Source: Blepharisma stoltei ATCC 30299 (taxonomy: Eukaryota; Protista; Ciliophora). From it: a stretch of DNA of 64,000 bases. The notes beneath the pieces are model-generated. The model was given only the letters and a program-made list of their open reading frames with translations. It had not been told where the DNA came from and did not search any database. Below are positions 35,271 through 50,366 of the stretch, one piece after another (within the stretch, counting starts at the first letter, position 1; every line of letters begins with the position of its first letter). The position numbers were made by a program, and so were the translations under genes. The stretch is taken from contig CBFDEM010000040.1 in assembly GCA_965603825.1 (NCBI GenBank), positions 682,001 through 746,000 of the forward strand, read 5' to 3'.

Positions 35271-35610
35271 CAATTAACTTATTTAATCGTTTTTCTATAT
35301 TGAGAAAATTATTTGTATATCTTAACTTATCAAAAGAAATTACCCTTATTGCGAATTTTATATAGCTGTTATATAATTTTTGAAAGAATTAAGTAAAATC
35401 AACTGATTAGCAGGATAATTCTACTATTAAAATTTCACAATTATTTATTAATACAATTTGTGCAAATTTTTAAAAAATAATTATATCTTTAATTAACTTT
35501 CATATGCTTTTATTTGGATATTTTTAAACTAAATTTTAAGCTGAATAAAGCATCTTATTATTCTGCATATTTTAAAAAGATATGCCATCTTTACAGCAAG
35601 TGACGTTTAA

Positions 35611-36069
35611 TTAATTATTTAATTTCTCACTTTTTTTTGATTTTTTGCTACTTTTTCTGACGCTTCCTTTCCTTTTTTTAACTTTTTTATCGTTGGCATG
35701 GTTTGTGGTTCCTCCAGTGCTCTCCTCTTTAGTAATATATTTCATGCAAAGATCTGAAAAAGTTGGGTTTCCGAATGTTGGAGTTCTACGAAGAGAAAAT
35801 GTTTCTGCATCTTCTAGAAGACTTAAATTATTTACAGTGTTCTTTTTTTCATCAATAGGCTCAATGCTAATTTCATCGTCCTTTTGGCTACTAATAAATA
35901 AATTCGTTGAATTGTGTGACTCAAACTCTGTTATATCTTTCAATGAGTTTGCAGAGTTTACTTCTTTTTCTCTTCTTGAAGACCTTCGACGGGATGGTTT
36001 TTCTTCTTCTTTGTTCTCAACCTTGTCGCAGCAAAATAGAGTCAGCCATAAGAATATCTTATTTTTCAT
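35611..36069 (-). CDS. Hypothetical small charged protein
   Basis: 152-aa ATG..TAA ORF with coding-like composition. The overlapping plus-strand ORF looks like its antisense shadow. Confidence 0.6.
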   Translation of the reverse strand: MKNKIFLWLTLFCCDKVENKEEEKPSRRRSSRREKEVNSANSLKDITEFESHNSTNLFISSQKDDEISIEPIDEKKNTVNNLSLLEDAETFSLRRTPTFGNPTFSDLCMKYITKEESTGGTTNHANDKKVKKRKGSVRKSSKKSKKSEKLNN

Positions 36070-36272
36070 GTGTAAAATATTAATACTGCTGTATTAAAAC
36101 CTAAATCCTTATTAAAATTCTAATAATATACTGGCTGTTTCCTAATCAAAATTGGTCGATTATTTTGTTCTGGATTAAAAATTTATTTTTTCTCCTAATG
36201 AAAAATTAGCCAGCATTATTAATTAATTATCTCTAAAAGCAAAATGAAAAGCTTAGAGAACAAAATATAAAT

Positions 36273-37208
36273 ATGATTTTTTCGGACCTAATATGTCCAG
36301 AATTCCAGACAATTGATCTACAAGAATTAGGATTATTTTCAACACAATCACTTTATACACCTCCTTTGAAGCTTTTCGAGACTGCTTACTCTAAATTAAC
36401 TATAGATGCCCCAAGAAAGCGCAGAAAAACAGAAAACACATATCGCCAATTTGTTAAAGAGCTTTCAGGGACCAAAAGAATGACCCATTTCTTAAAATAT
36501 GCCTCTAATGAATGGACAAAACTTGTCCCAGAACGTAAAAACTATTATAAAGAAAAAGCTACTATCTCTAATTCATCCAGCATAAAAAGATGTGAAGAGA
36601 CCAGAAAAATAGGCGGGAAATTAAAGAAAATCAGACGAGCTTGTTCCTCAATTACTTTTTTTATATCTTGCAAACATAAAATCTCGAAAAAATCAAATTT
36701 TATTCAGCTTTCTAAGGAATGAAAAAATTTGTCAGCAGATGCAAAAGAACCATTTAAAAATTTAGAAATACTAGATAGGGAAAGATATGAGTTTGAGAAA
36801 ACTGCTGTAAGTAGGTTTGAGTTTATTTTAAGGCTGCTAAGAGCTTCAGAGCCAAAATTGCTACCAAAAACAAATAAAAGGGTTTACGATGTATTCAAAG
36901 AGCATTATATTGAAACTTTAAAAGAAAGTGGATGGGTAAATATCGCAAATACAGAAAATATAGCTAGATTTAATTACAAAAAACTATCTGAAGAAGACAG
37001 AAAACAATATAAACAGTTAAGAAAAACAAAGAAAAAGGAAGAAAATTTTGATTTATTTTTAAAAGTTTTATCAAAATCTTATGTGAATTTCAGAAATTTG
37101 CCTTTGGATAATGATAAGAAAGAAATTCAAATTGAGACGAATTTCTTTGGAGAAGAAGAAGATTATGAAGAAGACTTTGAAGATTTTTTCGCAAATATTG
37201 ACTATTAA
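36273..37208 (+). CDS. Multi-HMG-box protein with acidic tail
   Basis: YRQFVKE...ASNEWTKLVPERKNYY and ITFFIS...QLSKE(TGA=W)KNLSADAKEPFKNLEILDRERYEFEK. Acidic C-terminus. Confidence 0.8.
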
Positions 37209-37503
37209 TATGCTTGAGATATTTCTGAAACCTAATGACTAATATCAAAAATGATAAAATTTCTTAATTCGCTAGTCTTTTTTGTATTTACGGCTGTTTG
37301 GTAAAATAATTATAAATCAGAAAATAATTCCATTTTGAATAATCATTATAATTACCACAATATTTTAGTTAAATATCAAATTTTAAGCTCAATTTAACTT
37401 TAAAATTAATTTCTTAGTTTGAAATTATCTAATAAAATAAAGGATACCCCATTTACTTAATTATAGCGAATCTTTTGACTGTAAAATGATAAGTTAATAA
37501 AAA

Positions 37504-40500
37504 ATGGAATCGTTTAGTAAAGAACTAGCCCTTGCAATACGATTGACAAAGATTCTTTCAGTAATTACTATTCAGGGTAAAGAAGAAGTCACATGCAACC
37601 CAACCAAAGAATTCTTTGATGAAATAAAGGAGCATCTCGGCTCAGAACTTTCCCCTCAACTCCGAATCAAAGCTCTTTATTTTCTGGTCCGAATAACTCA
37701 AAAGCCTTACACTCAGTTGTTGGTGCAGGAGCAAGAATATGCTCTATGGCTAGCTTTGGCGCTTTTAGAAAAGCACAGCAGCTATCGGCCACTAATTTTT
37801 AAATCTCAATTATTAGCTTTAAAAGTGCTTGGAAATCTTGGCTTGTATCTCCAGCATCAAGAATTAGTGACTGAAGAAGAACAAAACTCCTGGCAGCGCT
37901 GTGAACCTTTATTGACTGCATTATTTCAATTTCTCCACAAAAATCAGCCTTTTACAGTCTCCCCATGCCCAACCTTTTTGGAATCGTCATTCCCCGCCTT
38001 CTTCATGCCTGCGGCCCTTCCTGATGATTTTACCTCAGTTAATTTAGAAAATTCAGTCCCACAAAATTTTTCTTTATTTGATGAAGCTTATGCAGCACAA
38101 AAAGTTTTTCTAAATTTTATTACTCAAGTGTTTAAGCACTACAACTCACCAATTCATATGATTTATATATTACTAGATCTAATAGCAACCAGCTGCAAAG
38201 TGACTGATTATGAAGCTTTTACCTCAGCTTTAGAAAGCTTCAAGGCTTGAAATGATATGCGAAACGACGTCGGGATGAGCTCACAGCTAATAGTCCTCTT
38301 CGGAAGAATCGAGCTAGGCGAAAATGTCCCTCAAAGTTTAAATGAACAAATTTTATTACAGCTTTGCAAACTTCTTATATACAACGAGCAGCATTTTTCA
38401 CAATATTACATTGATTTGCTTAATGAAAGCACATTGATTGACCTATGCACTGCAATTATTGAGAGGCTGCAGCCTATTTCTGCTGACAGTTCTTTGCATC
38501 TTCCTCCTTTAAAAATTTCTGGATATGGAAAAGAGCACTATGAAGAAGCTGACACGTCTCCTGAGGAGTTTTGTACTTACCACAGAACAGGGACAAATTA
38601 CGAAATGCAGCATTGGTATTACTGCTATACCTGCAAATTGGTAGCTAATAAAGGTACTTGTAATGTGTGCGCTAAAAAATGCCATGCCGGGCATCAAGTT
38701 GTGTATTCGAGAAAGGGGAATTTTTTTTGTGACTGTGGAGATAATCAAGGATCGCCAGCTTGTAAATGTATGCCGAAAGGGGCAAAGAGAAAATCTCACG
38801 CGTCCAAGATGTTTGAAAGAGAGCAAGATGAAATTGAAATTAGATATGAGGATTTGCATTCCAGCGAGCTGCGTGACCTTCTTGGAAGAGAAGTTCCTTA
38901 CTTTGGCAACCCTAGTGACCAAGGACGACTTCGCATCCACGAGCTTCAAATTCCTTCTCTCTACTCCTCGCCTCAGCGTTCTTTGGGCTCTGCCTTTGTC
39001 CAAATGGAAGAGCTGCCTCAATACCAGGAATTCAGTGGTATCAATATTTCTTCTCCTCCTTATGAAATCCACAGCGAAGACATCCACAGTGAATCTGACG
39101 AGGAAGAAAAAAAAGGCTTCGAAGAAGACTCAGGAATGGAAATTGAAATAGAAGATAGTGAACTGAATGAATCAGAAGAGGAAGAAGAAGAGGAAGAAGA
39201 GCCAGAAGAAGACTCCAAATCTCAAATCTCCTCAGACGCTTCTGAAGAAGAAAAACCAAGCTCCCCTAAAAAGCAAAGCCCAATGAAAAAACAGCTTCCT
39301 TTGGAGACCTTAGAAGTATGTGAAGCAGCAATGGGACTAGTTAAAAGAACACTGGCAAGACTAACAGACACGCATGCAGAGACTATTAAAGGGCTATTTT
39401 ACCCTAAAATAATTGAGTATTCTAAGCAGCTGTCTAAAGTCCTTTGTACGTTCAAAGGAATAGCTTCACCTTTAAAAGTTCCGTATACAGACCATAGAGA
39501 ACTAAAAGAATTAACCTCAAAATACCCAGGGATCAGAAATAGTTTAGCAATTTGTCATGATATAGGCGTTGTCCTATCCGCTGAAGGAAACAGACTGTTA
39601 TCTTTAGACTCTTCGCTATTTAACTGTACTGGAAATGAAGTAGAAAGGTCTAATATTACAGTTCTTGCCAAAAATGTATTTCCTTTCCACATCATGTCAA
39701 TCACAGTCAACCCAAATAACAGCCGACTAGTCGCAATTTGTGGAGTAAACCAATGCGCATTTATCCAGCTTACTAATAAACAGCATAAAGGGCATATTGA
39801 GAAGAAAATTTCTTTCAGCTTAATCAGTGGTGAGTCTAAGCTGATTATAGTAAAATCAAGATGACTGCCAGGCTCACAGACAGAATTAGCGATCTGTACA
39901 ACAGAAGATATCAGGATTTTTGACTTTTCAAGAGACATTATTTGTCCAGTGAAATGTTTTAGATCTCTGGCTATTGATTTAACAGATTTGGTTATATATA
40001 AAAACATTCTCATTGCAAGCAGTTCTTCAGGGATTTTATATAGACAGGAAATAATAGACACTAATGAGCCTTTGTATATGAGTGAGTCTATACAGCTGCC
40101 GAGCTATCTTAATAATCAGAAAATTATTTCAGTCAATTGGTCTGAAGCTCAAGAAGTTTTAATAGTGTCACTATTAGGTGGAAGATGCATGTTTGGGAAA
40201 TTAAATAGAGAGGCCACAGCTTTTACTAATGATTTATATTTAGATTTCCAAAATGAGCAGAGTTCGGCATTTTTGTCATGGACTTCTGCAGCACTTAACC
40301 AAATTTTGTCTGTGCCTACAGTAGATTCTCTAGTATGTGTAGGGCTGAATAGAAAAAGCAGCTCGATACCAGTTTTGGTGAAAATTACTGATGAAAAATG
40401 CACGCTAAACCCACTGAAAAAATCTACAGGGTATGTAGAAGGGATTTGTATTTATTCTCATAATGGGAAACATATACTGCTTAGTCAGTATGATGATGGC

Positions 40501-43500
40501 TCTTTGTTGACGAATTCTATATTATTAGATGAAGAAACCCAGGACTCCCATGTAGATTTAGAATCTCTCAATAAGTACCTTACTTTAGATCATTTGCCTC
40601 AAACCATCACAATGCCTATCACATTTTTCGAAAAAGCTATACCACTGAACACCATGCGTATGTTTGGTGCCCAAGGAATCAATAGAAATGATGTCATTAT
40701 ATCAGGAGACCCCGCAATTGCCTTTGGAAACAGTAAAATTGCCCTAGAAAAACTGTCATTTGACAGAAATGCTGATACTGCAGGACTTATATCAACAGCT
40801 CTGCCTGATCCTAGCACTATCACAATAACAATTTCTTTAGAAGGGACGTCTGCTAGTACCTTGGTTTTGTGTGGATTTAAGCTATTTGTAGAAACTGGGC
40901 CATGCTCACATATAGAAATAATGAATAGAAAAATCCAATTACAGTATCAGAAAAGATGGTATGACTTGCCTTTGTGTGATATAGAAATCGTGAAAGGGTA
41001 TCTGAATAAACAAATTACAGTCAAAATTGTGACGCAAAATGCAGGGAGACACCCCATAAGGCTTTTTCATTTTGAAATTTTCGGATTCAGCCAAGCGACC
41101 TTTGCGTTGGATTCAAAATTGGTAGAGCTTAGCAAGGCAGCTCTTGGGCTTGCAAATTCAGAAGACCAGATATACTCCTATAAACACTTAAATTGGAAGA
41201 AAAAATTTTCCACCCTCGACTCCCTCCCAGGCCAACAAAAAGAGCTGATAGTCTATCTAAATGCATTAGCCTCCACAATCCCTACAAACTGCTCAGTAGA
41301 CTCGATAATCTCATTGATAATAAATTTATCAATCCAGAATTTTTCGTCGCCAAACAGCCTCTATTCAATAGCTATCAAAGACTGCTTGAAAAATCTATTG
41401 TCCTCTATGGGTCTTGAAGAAAATTACACAGCTCTAAAAGGGCTCGTGCTTTGCTACTCTATGTCAGCTATTGAAAAACCGTCAGAAAAACTGGCTAAAG
41501 CTGTAGTAAAATCTCTAAGCCACCTCATAAGAGACCAGCTGCCTTTATTTTTCTTTTTGCTGAACTCCAACCCTAAAATCTGTTCTTTACTTGACGAAAC
41601 TTTAAATTCCACCACAAAACTGCAAATTTTAGACGATTTTTTAAAAGTTTTGCTATACGCAGCACAGTTTTTTACAAATAAAGCTATAAAAGATATCAAT
41701 GAACAAGACAAAATTGCGGCGATTTACCATATGAACCCGATTTTGACTGAAGAGCCGATATCAATTATTATTAATTTACTTAAATCGGCAAATAGTGGAT
41801 ATAAAGAAGAAATTATTACAAAAATAAACCAGCATGCTAAAAAACATGCAAAAATGTGGCTGAAACAAGTTAATGAAAAATCACCGTATTTGGTAACAAA
41901 TGCAATGCCACTGATATATGATGAATCGTTGATGGACATTTCTACACAAATTCAGGCCATTTTGAGCATAAGTGAAAAAATTGAGACGAATATTTATTGT
42001 GCAGATGTTTGCCATTTATTAATATATCATTTGTGTGCAGACTGAAAAGGGCCGCTATATCAAGTTGATGGGCTAATGTGCATGCTTGATAAACTGGTAA
42101 AGCTGATCGAGAAACTGTGGATAAAAGAAGAGTTCGAAGACTCAAGGTACTATACTTTGATCTCAAACTCCATTAAAAGAGAGCTAAACATGGTATCTCC
42201 AGCTCATGAAAACGAAGGCAGAGTTTACTTTTTGTTTTTTACGAATATTTTGACATCTTATTTCAGACCCAAAGATGATAAATACTCAAAAGCCCACAAA
42301 ATCCACAGATCAATCGTCACTTCCCTTATAAGGCATTTTAATGACGAAACTTTCAGCAAGCTCTTCCACCAGCTTCAAGTCAGCTATACCCGCTTTTCGA
42401 CCGGAAAAGGAAGCATAAAGGCAGTCTATAAAAATGATGTGCTTGAAGAAGTAGTCGAAGAAAGAAATCACCTTGAATTAATCAAGCCAGAAAATCCTAT
42501 GCTAATGAATGAATGGGAAGGCGCCTTTGGAAGCGAAATTTTCGCTACAGAACTTGACCAATTTTTAATCAGCAATTTAATTGATTTGTGCTATAATTTA
42601 GTCACTGGCTCTAATTCTGAGGTAATTGAGAAGCAAAAAGATATTTTAGAACTAATTGATGGAGGCATGCAGATTGAGATGACAAGTCAGAAGCCTTGCC
42701 AGCTGTCGAATGATTGGGTGAATTTGCTGATAAAAATTCTGCTAGAGCCTTCTCTACAGTTCTTGCAGCCTTCTGCAGATAAATTGCTGCAGTCTGCATT
42801 TTTGGATAGAAAAGAATATTTGTTGGCTTACCATATGCAAAAAATTGATGCAAATTTGGCGAGTATTACTAAAGTGATGACCAAGACTTCTGATTTCCGG
42901 GCTGCTTCTTATCATGATACTTTAGGCTTGCTGAAACAGCTAACCCAAATAAAAAGCACAATTTTGAACAGCCAAGAAATTTTGCCTGAAATTTTTAAAA
43001 AATTTATCACAGAATCCAACACACTAAGAATGCTAATTACAATGTCACTAACTCTTTTACCCCCAGTAAATCAAGAATGTTTAAGCATTCTCAACTCAAT
43101 CATCAAGACAGAAAATCTCCAAGAAGCCAAAATTTTCGTAGAACAAAACTCTTACATTTGGGAAGAGCTGCTAGATACCCACTTGCCTATAATGATTGAC
43201 AAACTTTCGTTATACGGTGACACACAGTTTGCTAATTATATAGCAGACTTGCTGCTAGGACTATCTAGGATTGCTAATTCTTCTCAAATAAAAAAACTGG
43301 CCGTGCTTATGCTTGACAATTTCCAAACTATGATAAACCTTGGGGTTAATTCGAAATATTTTTTAGCAAATATTATTGAAATGATGAATTCAATTTCCTT
43401 CAATAAAAACATCTACCAAGCCTTCTGCAATGGCATTGTAACGACCATAAATAAATCCTCAAATAAATTATCAGAAAATATTGACGCTGAGGTATATGAC

Positions 43501-46500
43501 ATTTTAATGACAATTTTCAGTACTACCGGCTTCCATTGGTTTATCCTGGACCCAGAGCCTTGTTTAAAATGTTTTGGTGCTGAAGAATACAAACTTGGGC
43601 TTATGAAGCTTGTTGACCTACAAAGCGAAATCAGATTTTCTGATTCTTGCTTTTTCACGAGATTTAAAGATCCTGTCAAGGTCAGCAAAGTTGAAATAAA
43701 ACTGACTGAGCTCAGAGGCCACAAAGCAATTACAGGATGTACATTATATTTTTGCAATAAAGATTCACAAGATTTAACCGAACTTAAAAACAACTGGAGC
43801 GTTTGGCATAAAATTAAGACGGTGAATATAAAGCCTGCATCGACAAGTATGATAGAAATTGATTTGCCTACAGAAATTACTATGCTGAACCTATTGATAG
43901 AGCTCCACACAGTAAATGTTATAAGAGTCTCACAAGATGAATCAGGACAAGGGATATATACAGGAAGATATTTAAGCGGAAGAAGCAGATATAGCTTTTT
44001 GAGCAGCAATAAAGCAGAAATCAAAGGCGATGTTGTAGGAGTTTCTGTAGGAAATGAGAGAGAAGTCATTCCTTGTCCTCGATGCAATAAAGTAGTAGAA
44101 GACAAATATGGGATTTGCAGCTGTGGAGAAAACGCTTTCCAATGCTTGCAATGTCGGAATATCAATTATGAAAATTTAGACGCATTTCTATGCACTGAGT
44201 GTGGAGAAAGCCGCTATTGCAAAATCGAAATTCTCCTACAATGCAGCATTGACGCAATCTACGAAAGCATCACCTCTAACAAAGAACTGTCTGACGCCGA
44301 AGCCAAAATTGACACTTATCTAGAAACTATCCAATCTTATTACGAGCATTTGCCAAAAAGCAGAGAAACCTTATGCAGCTTGGCTAATAAGCTGAAAGGG
44401 TACTCTTCAAAAAAAGAATTCAAAGACCAAGCCCAAAATAAAGAATTTTCGCCTATTATTTATAATTTAGGAGTAATTTTGAAAGAATTCCAAGACTCTT
44501 ATTATGATGTGATGATCTGCGTAAAGTCTGTTGTGCTATTGAGACATGCGATTATGAACTATAAAAGATCAGAAACAACTGTAGGAAGCTTAGCGATGGA
44601 AAATTCATTGACAAACTGCTTTGGGTGTAATTATCACTATTTAAAGCAACTGCTGAAAAGCTTGAAAATGCTTAGAAATAAGCAATTAAAAGAAATGCTG
44701 ATAAATGAATACAATATTATAGACATTTTAGTACAAAATACTATAAGAAGCTACAGTCAGCCTATAAGGAAAAAAGGCAGAAAAGTCTTAATAGAGCTTG
44801 CCTACGAAAGTGAAGCAGGCTGCAGGCAGCTTTTCAAGATGATAAGGTCTCATATCACCTCCATGCTAGGCTGGAAGCCTTTCTTAGTCACCAGTGTCCG
44901 CGAGGAAGTCCAGCTTCTCCTAGAATTTACCTCAAAATTCCTCCAGCCCTCGCCCACCGAATCCTCCACTATTTCTGAACTAACCCTTAAAGAATTCTGG
45001 CATATTTTCTTTATAATGCTAGAAAAAAGTTGGGAAGATTCCAGGGTTGGCGAACTCATTTCCAGCTTCCTTGACTCTATTTTAGACATGATTTTCAAGA
45101 CCCTTATCCTAATTCCTGATATTGACAATATCCCGACTGATCCTGGACTTGCTGAACTTTTTATTAGCAACCCAGCCTTTATAAAAACCAGGGAAAGCCT
45201 TACCAATACTAATGAAATTTTTATGAAGTCGATTTTAAATGGCTCCTGCTATGGACTTTATGATAAATGGCAAAATAGCCAACAAGGAACGCCAAATAGT
45301 CAGAAATTTTTACTGAAAAATAATTGGCTGGTGGACTGCTTGCTGTATGCAGGGTCAGCGAGGGTTCAGGACTTAAGTAGAATGATATTGTTGTGCTTGG
45401 CGTCGTCTGGGATATGGGAAGAAGTGCTTAAAATTATATTGGAGGTACTGCCACAAGCCCTAGAAGTGTCACATCAAGGGTCTGATTATTATTTTACGCT
45501 TCTCTATTCATTACTGATTGAAAAAAACTGCACAACTAGCAAGGTATTAGAGCAGCTATTAAAAGCGACTGAACTTTGCGTCCAACAAGTCCTCGCAGAA
45601 CAAGAAAAAGCCCAAGCTAAAGGTGCCTATATAGTCAACATCTCCCTTGGCCATGGACTTGTATGTCTCCTTGGCATGATTTCTAATCTGTCTTCTTTTC
45701 TATGGGGCAAAGAAATCATCAGAAATTCCAAAAATCTCGCAAATTATATCATGAATTCGTTCCTTAATGTCAGAAAAATCCATTTCGTGAAAAATAAAGT
45801 AATATCAGAAAGCCAAGGATATTTAGAAAAATTATTTGATTTATTACACCTGGATTGCTCTGAAGAACAGAGGCATAATTTCTTGCTAGAATGCATTGAG
45901 GCACTTTTACAAAGACAAGATGATCCTTTAGCACAAAGCTTCCTTATTCAGCAGATTACAAGGATTATTGCTCCGGCGAAGCCGGAGCCAGTTTATTGCT
46001 TGAAATTGGAAAAAGCGCCGACACAAGAAGAATTTATTCGAGGAAATATGGAGAAAAATCCTTATTCAAGCAAAGAAGTAGGGCCGCTGATGTCAAATGT
46101 AAGAGAGAGGATATGTAAAGAGTTAGAGTACAGTGATCCAGAAATTTTAGAATTATTGGTTGCAGAACAAATTGTTGCTCCTTCACTGTCAGTTAATGAC
46201 GTGTATGAGCATGTTTTATGGCCAACTCTAAAAAATCTCAACCCAAAATACCAAGGAAAAAACCCTTCAGAATTTTCCCCTGAAGAGCTTCCTCCAATGA
46301 TCATCACTTTTAGACTAGCTGGCTTAGACGGCGAAGCCACTGAAAACATTATAGAATCAATCCCAGGAACCGGCAACATAGAAGAAGACCCAGAAATAAA
46401 ATACGCAATTACCTCAGTTCTTGGCCAAGACATTAAAGGCTCTAGTATGATTGCATATTGTTTAGAATTACTCAGAAGCTCCTGGGTCCAGCACGTTTCT

Positions 46501-48402
46501 GACTCAGTGCTTAACCTTCTCTATTATTCTTGCCAAATCTCTATAAACAGACACAAGCTCTGTGAAACTGGAGGAGTCCCAGTCCTTTTTGATATTTTAC
46601 ATAGGATCCCTGAGACTGAATTTATAAACATCTTAAAAATCATCAGCTTGCTTATAGAAGACCCTAACACCCAGCCATATATAGCCAGAAGTGCAGAACC
46701 CATCAAAATTATGCTGAATTTACTTATGAAATACCCGATGTCTGAAAATTTGCAAATGTTCACCAAGATTACTCATTTTCTGCCTTACCTTTGCCATACA
46801 AATTATCAAGCTTGTAGAGTCCTTGTTAATTTTTTCAAAACCCAAATAAATATTTCGTCATTTAACCAGTCCTTGCCAGCCACCCAAGAAATTTTATCAT
46901 GCTTAGTCTTAATGCTGGACAACCTCCCAGCTGCCCATTCCACTTTACGTGATGAATTTCTTTCCTCAGGACTAACCCAGCAGTCTGTAACTGAGTTTAC
47001 CAATCTTGATCCTTACCAAATCAGCCCACAGAATGCAGTCTCCATCTTAAAAGTCCTCAAAGGCTTAATGAGAGCTCATCCTCCTTCCCAAAGTTTACTA
47101 AAACCAGCCCTTATCGAAAAAATTTTCAGCATGAAAAATGCGTCCCACGACATCGGCCCAGCTGCAGAAATGCTAATTGAGGCCATTTTAGACAACAAAA
47201 AGTCTAGCAACCCAGCAGTCAGTGATCTTTTAGAAATAATGATTTTAAATGAAGACGAGCAGCGCCGAGAAAAAGCCAACAAAAAACGAGAAGAGGTTCT
47301 GAAGCAGTTCCAAGTCCCTGATTTAAACAAATTTGGAGATATGCTAGATGAAGAAGCTGGCCTAGCCTGTGTGATTTGTAAAGAAGGGTATACACTAAGG
47401 CCTGACGATTTATTAGGATTTTATGTATTTGTAACACCTGTACAGATACATACAGGTATTGAGCATCCTGCTGGAGAAGGCGACGTTATTCCTATTATGA
47501 GCTTGGTAACCCATTTTAACCCAATCCACTTATCATGCCACAGAGAAGCAGCCAGGGCTGAAAAAAATATGAAAAAGCCAAAATCTGAGTGGGAGGGGGC
47601 GACTATAAGAAATCAGCATACAAAATGCAACAACTGGTACCCGATTTGGGGGCCAAAAATAACAAGACAGGACTACTCTATGGGTGTTCAACGGATGTTT
47701 TCTTCTTATAATCTGATGGAAAGCAGGGTGCATAACGAAATCCACAACTTGAGGCTGCAGCTGCAAAGGTTTGGATTAGAAGAAAGCTTTTCAAAAGAAT
47801 CCAAAGGAGGAGGCCCTGAGCATAATTTACAAGCAATCCCGTATATGCTACATATGATATGGTATTTGTTAGAAGAAGAGCCAAACCAGGTATCTTTTAT
47901 AAATGATTCAATTGACGCTTTTATGGGCAGCTTGGACAACTTAAAGCAAGACCAGCTTACATATTTTATGACACTTTGCCTTGTTATGATGAAGCCTTCG
48001 AAATGGAACGAAATAAGGCTAGCTTTGGTAGAAGCAGCAATGAAATCAGCGAAAAACAGCCCAAGATTTGAAACAAAATTGGCGTTTATTACTGTTGGGA
48101 ATGAAGCTTCAACAGGAGAAAAATGTGTTTTAGGGTCGCTGAGGGTGTTATTGATTGTAATGAGGCTAATTGATTTGATTTTTGGGATGCTGTTTCAAGG
48201 CTTACAAGAAAATCAGTGGAAAGAACAAACCCATCAGCTATTGCAATCAGGTGATCCTATAATCCAAGACAACAGCATGGTGATATTTGAAGAATACAAG
48301 AGATTTTTAAACCTCACAAGTTTAGAAGAAGTCTTAAACGTGATGAATTTACGTCACAAGATCCTCGAAAAATACCAATCATTGGCTAATTGGTTTAATT
48401 AA
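37504..48402 (+). CDS. UBR4: UBR4/BIG-like giant E3/E4 ubiquitin ligase, 3632 aa
   Basis: Four ORFs in one frame joined by four TGA=Trp codons. UBR box CTYHRTG...QHWYYCYTC...FFCDCG; (TGA)WLPGSQTELAI; CGENAFQCLQCRNINY; QEEFIRGNMEKNPYSS; CVICKEGY...THFNPIHLSCH...EWEGATIRNQHTKCNN. Confidence 0.93.
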
Positions 48403-48613
48403 TCTCTTAGATTTCTTATTAAATATGATTTCTTATCAGAATTCTTTAAAACCCTTTATCCTCAAATTATAAACAAATAATATGAGAATTATTAGAAATT
48501 TCATTAAAAATAAATGCAGATCAGTAAACAAGCTTTCTGTGCATAATCAAAGCAATTATTAGCAAAATATGATAATAAGATTAAATTAAAAAAGAAATTT
48601 ATGTCAATAAATT

Positions 48614-50347
48614 ATGAACTCTGCCAATATAAACAGAGCGTCCTCAAAGGTCGAAATAAGAGATCATGACAATGAGCCATCTCATAAAAATTTAAAAACT
48701 TCAGGTAAGTCAAATGTAAACTTAAATGCTGGCCTCTCAGGAATTAAAGAAATCGGCCCAAGGCCTACAACAGCTAATGGCGATTTCTCAAACTTATCAA
48801 ATTTAACAAATATCAATAGTTTTTTAAGGGTTCTTAAAGACAGAAGGCTTCAGGCTGGAAAAGAACCAGCCAAGGTAAAGCTAGATTACCGAAGGCTTCA
48901 GACTGAACAGAAAGAATTTCTTGATGCTTTTGAAAAAGATAAGTCTACAAGAAATGGCCTATTAGGGAGAAGAGGCAGCCAGCAATACCGGACTACAGCG
49001 CCTCAAATTATAAAGCAAAACGATACAAATGAAATGTTGAAAACCCAAGTTAAAGATGCAACAGTGACCCCGACATCAAGGAGATTCCCAAATTCCATTG
49101 TCCCAAATACAAGACCTAAAACTTATGAGCACTCCCCAAATCCGAAAGGCCTCCCTCCTAGACACTTATCTGGGATAAGGACACAGCCGCCAATAGAAAA
49201 ATTCCTCCCAGACAGCACCAATAACTCAACAGCTGACTCAAACAGTAACGCTAACCATTTTGACAACTACACTATTGGCAAACTTATAGGCCAAGGCGCC
49301 TACGCCACTGTAAAATTGGCTGTACACAAGGTAAATAACCGAAAATACGCCATAAAGACCTATGAAAAATACAGGCTCCTTGACCCACAAAGGAAAAAAA
49401 ACGTCAGCAGAGAAATAAAAATCCTTGAAAAACTCAGCCACAGCAGCATAGTCAAGCTTTTTGAGGTGATTGACGCTCCGAAGCACCTTCACCTTGTGTT
49501 AGAATACGTCCCAGGGTGTTCTTTGCATGGATATTTGAAAAAAAGACCTGACAGGAAGCTAGAAGAAGCCGAAACCAAAAGGATTTTCAGGCAGCTTCTG
49601 TCAGGAATTGAGTATTGCCACAATAATAATGTGACACATAGAGATTTAAAGCTGGAAAATATACTATTAGACGACAAAAATAACGTTAGAATCATTGATT
49701 TTGGGTTCGCCACGTGTTTTCCTCATGAAAAAAAGGTAAAAGTGTTCTGTGGGACACCGACTTATATGGCTCCAGAAATTGTTGCAAGAAAAGAGTACTC
49801 AGGCCCGCCAGCTGACGTGTGGGCGCTGGGTGTTTTGTTGTACGCAATGCTTTGTGGGACTTTTCCATTTAAAGCTTCAGCAGATAAGGAGCTTTATAGG
49901 AAAATCCAAAGAGGGCATTTTGTGATCCCTCAGCATGTGAGTGGGGGAGCGAGAAATGTTCTTAATAGAGTTTTGATATTGGAGCCAGCGAAACGTATGA
50001 CAGTCACTGAGATTTTAAGGGATGAATGATTAAACTCCTCAGGGATTTTTGCGAGCACCAAAGGGTTTGAGTTTTCCAGTTTTTCGCCTCAAAATAATAT
50101 AAATTCGTCTGAGACTATAGACTTGGATATTATGTCAAGCATGGTAAGTAATATTTAGAAAAAATTAGGATTTACTGAGGCAGAGTTGATGAAAGAGCTG
50201 CAAGACGACAGGAGTCATATTGCGATGCTTTATAAGAAACTTAAACAAGGAAAACAAGATCTTAGAGAATCAAGAAAATTGGGCTCTTTTGGTGGAGAAT
50301 CTATAGAGCAGCAGCATTATCTTAGCACAGGAATTAATCGATATTAA
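48614..50347 (+). CDS. MARK/AMPK-related (CAMKL) Ser/Thr kinase with UBA-like tail, one intron
   Basis: IGQGAYATVK, HRDLKLEN, DFG, CGTPTYMAPE, DVWALG. TGA=Trp at 50027-50029, intron 50144-50158, stop TAA 50345-50347. Confidence 0.92.
50144..50158 (+). other. 15-nt intron GTAAGTAATATTTAG
   Basis: Removes an in-frame TAG to give SSM|KKLGF (UBA-like). Confidence 0.88.
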
Positions 50348-50366
50348 AGCTTTTAATGTGATATGA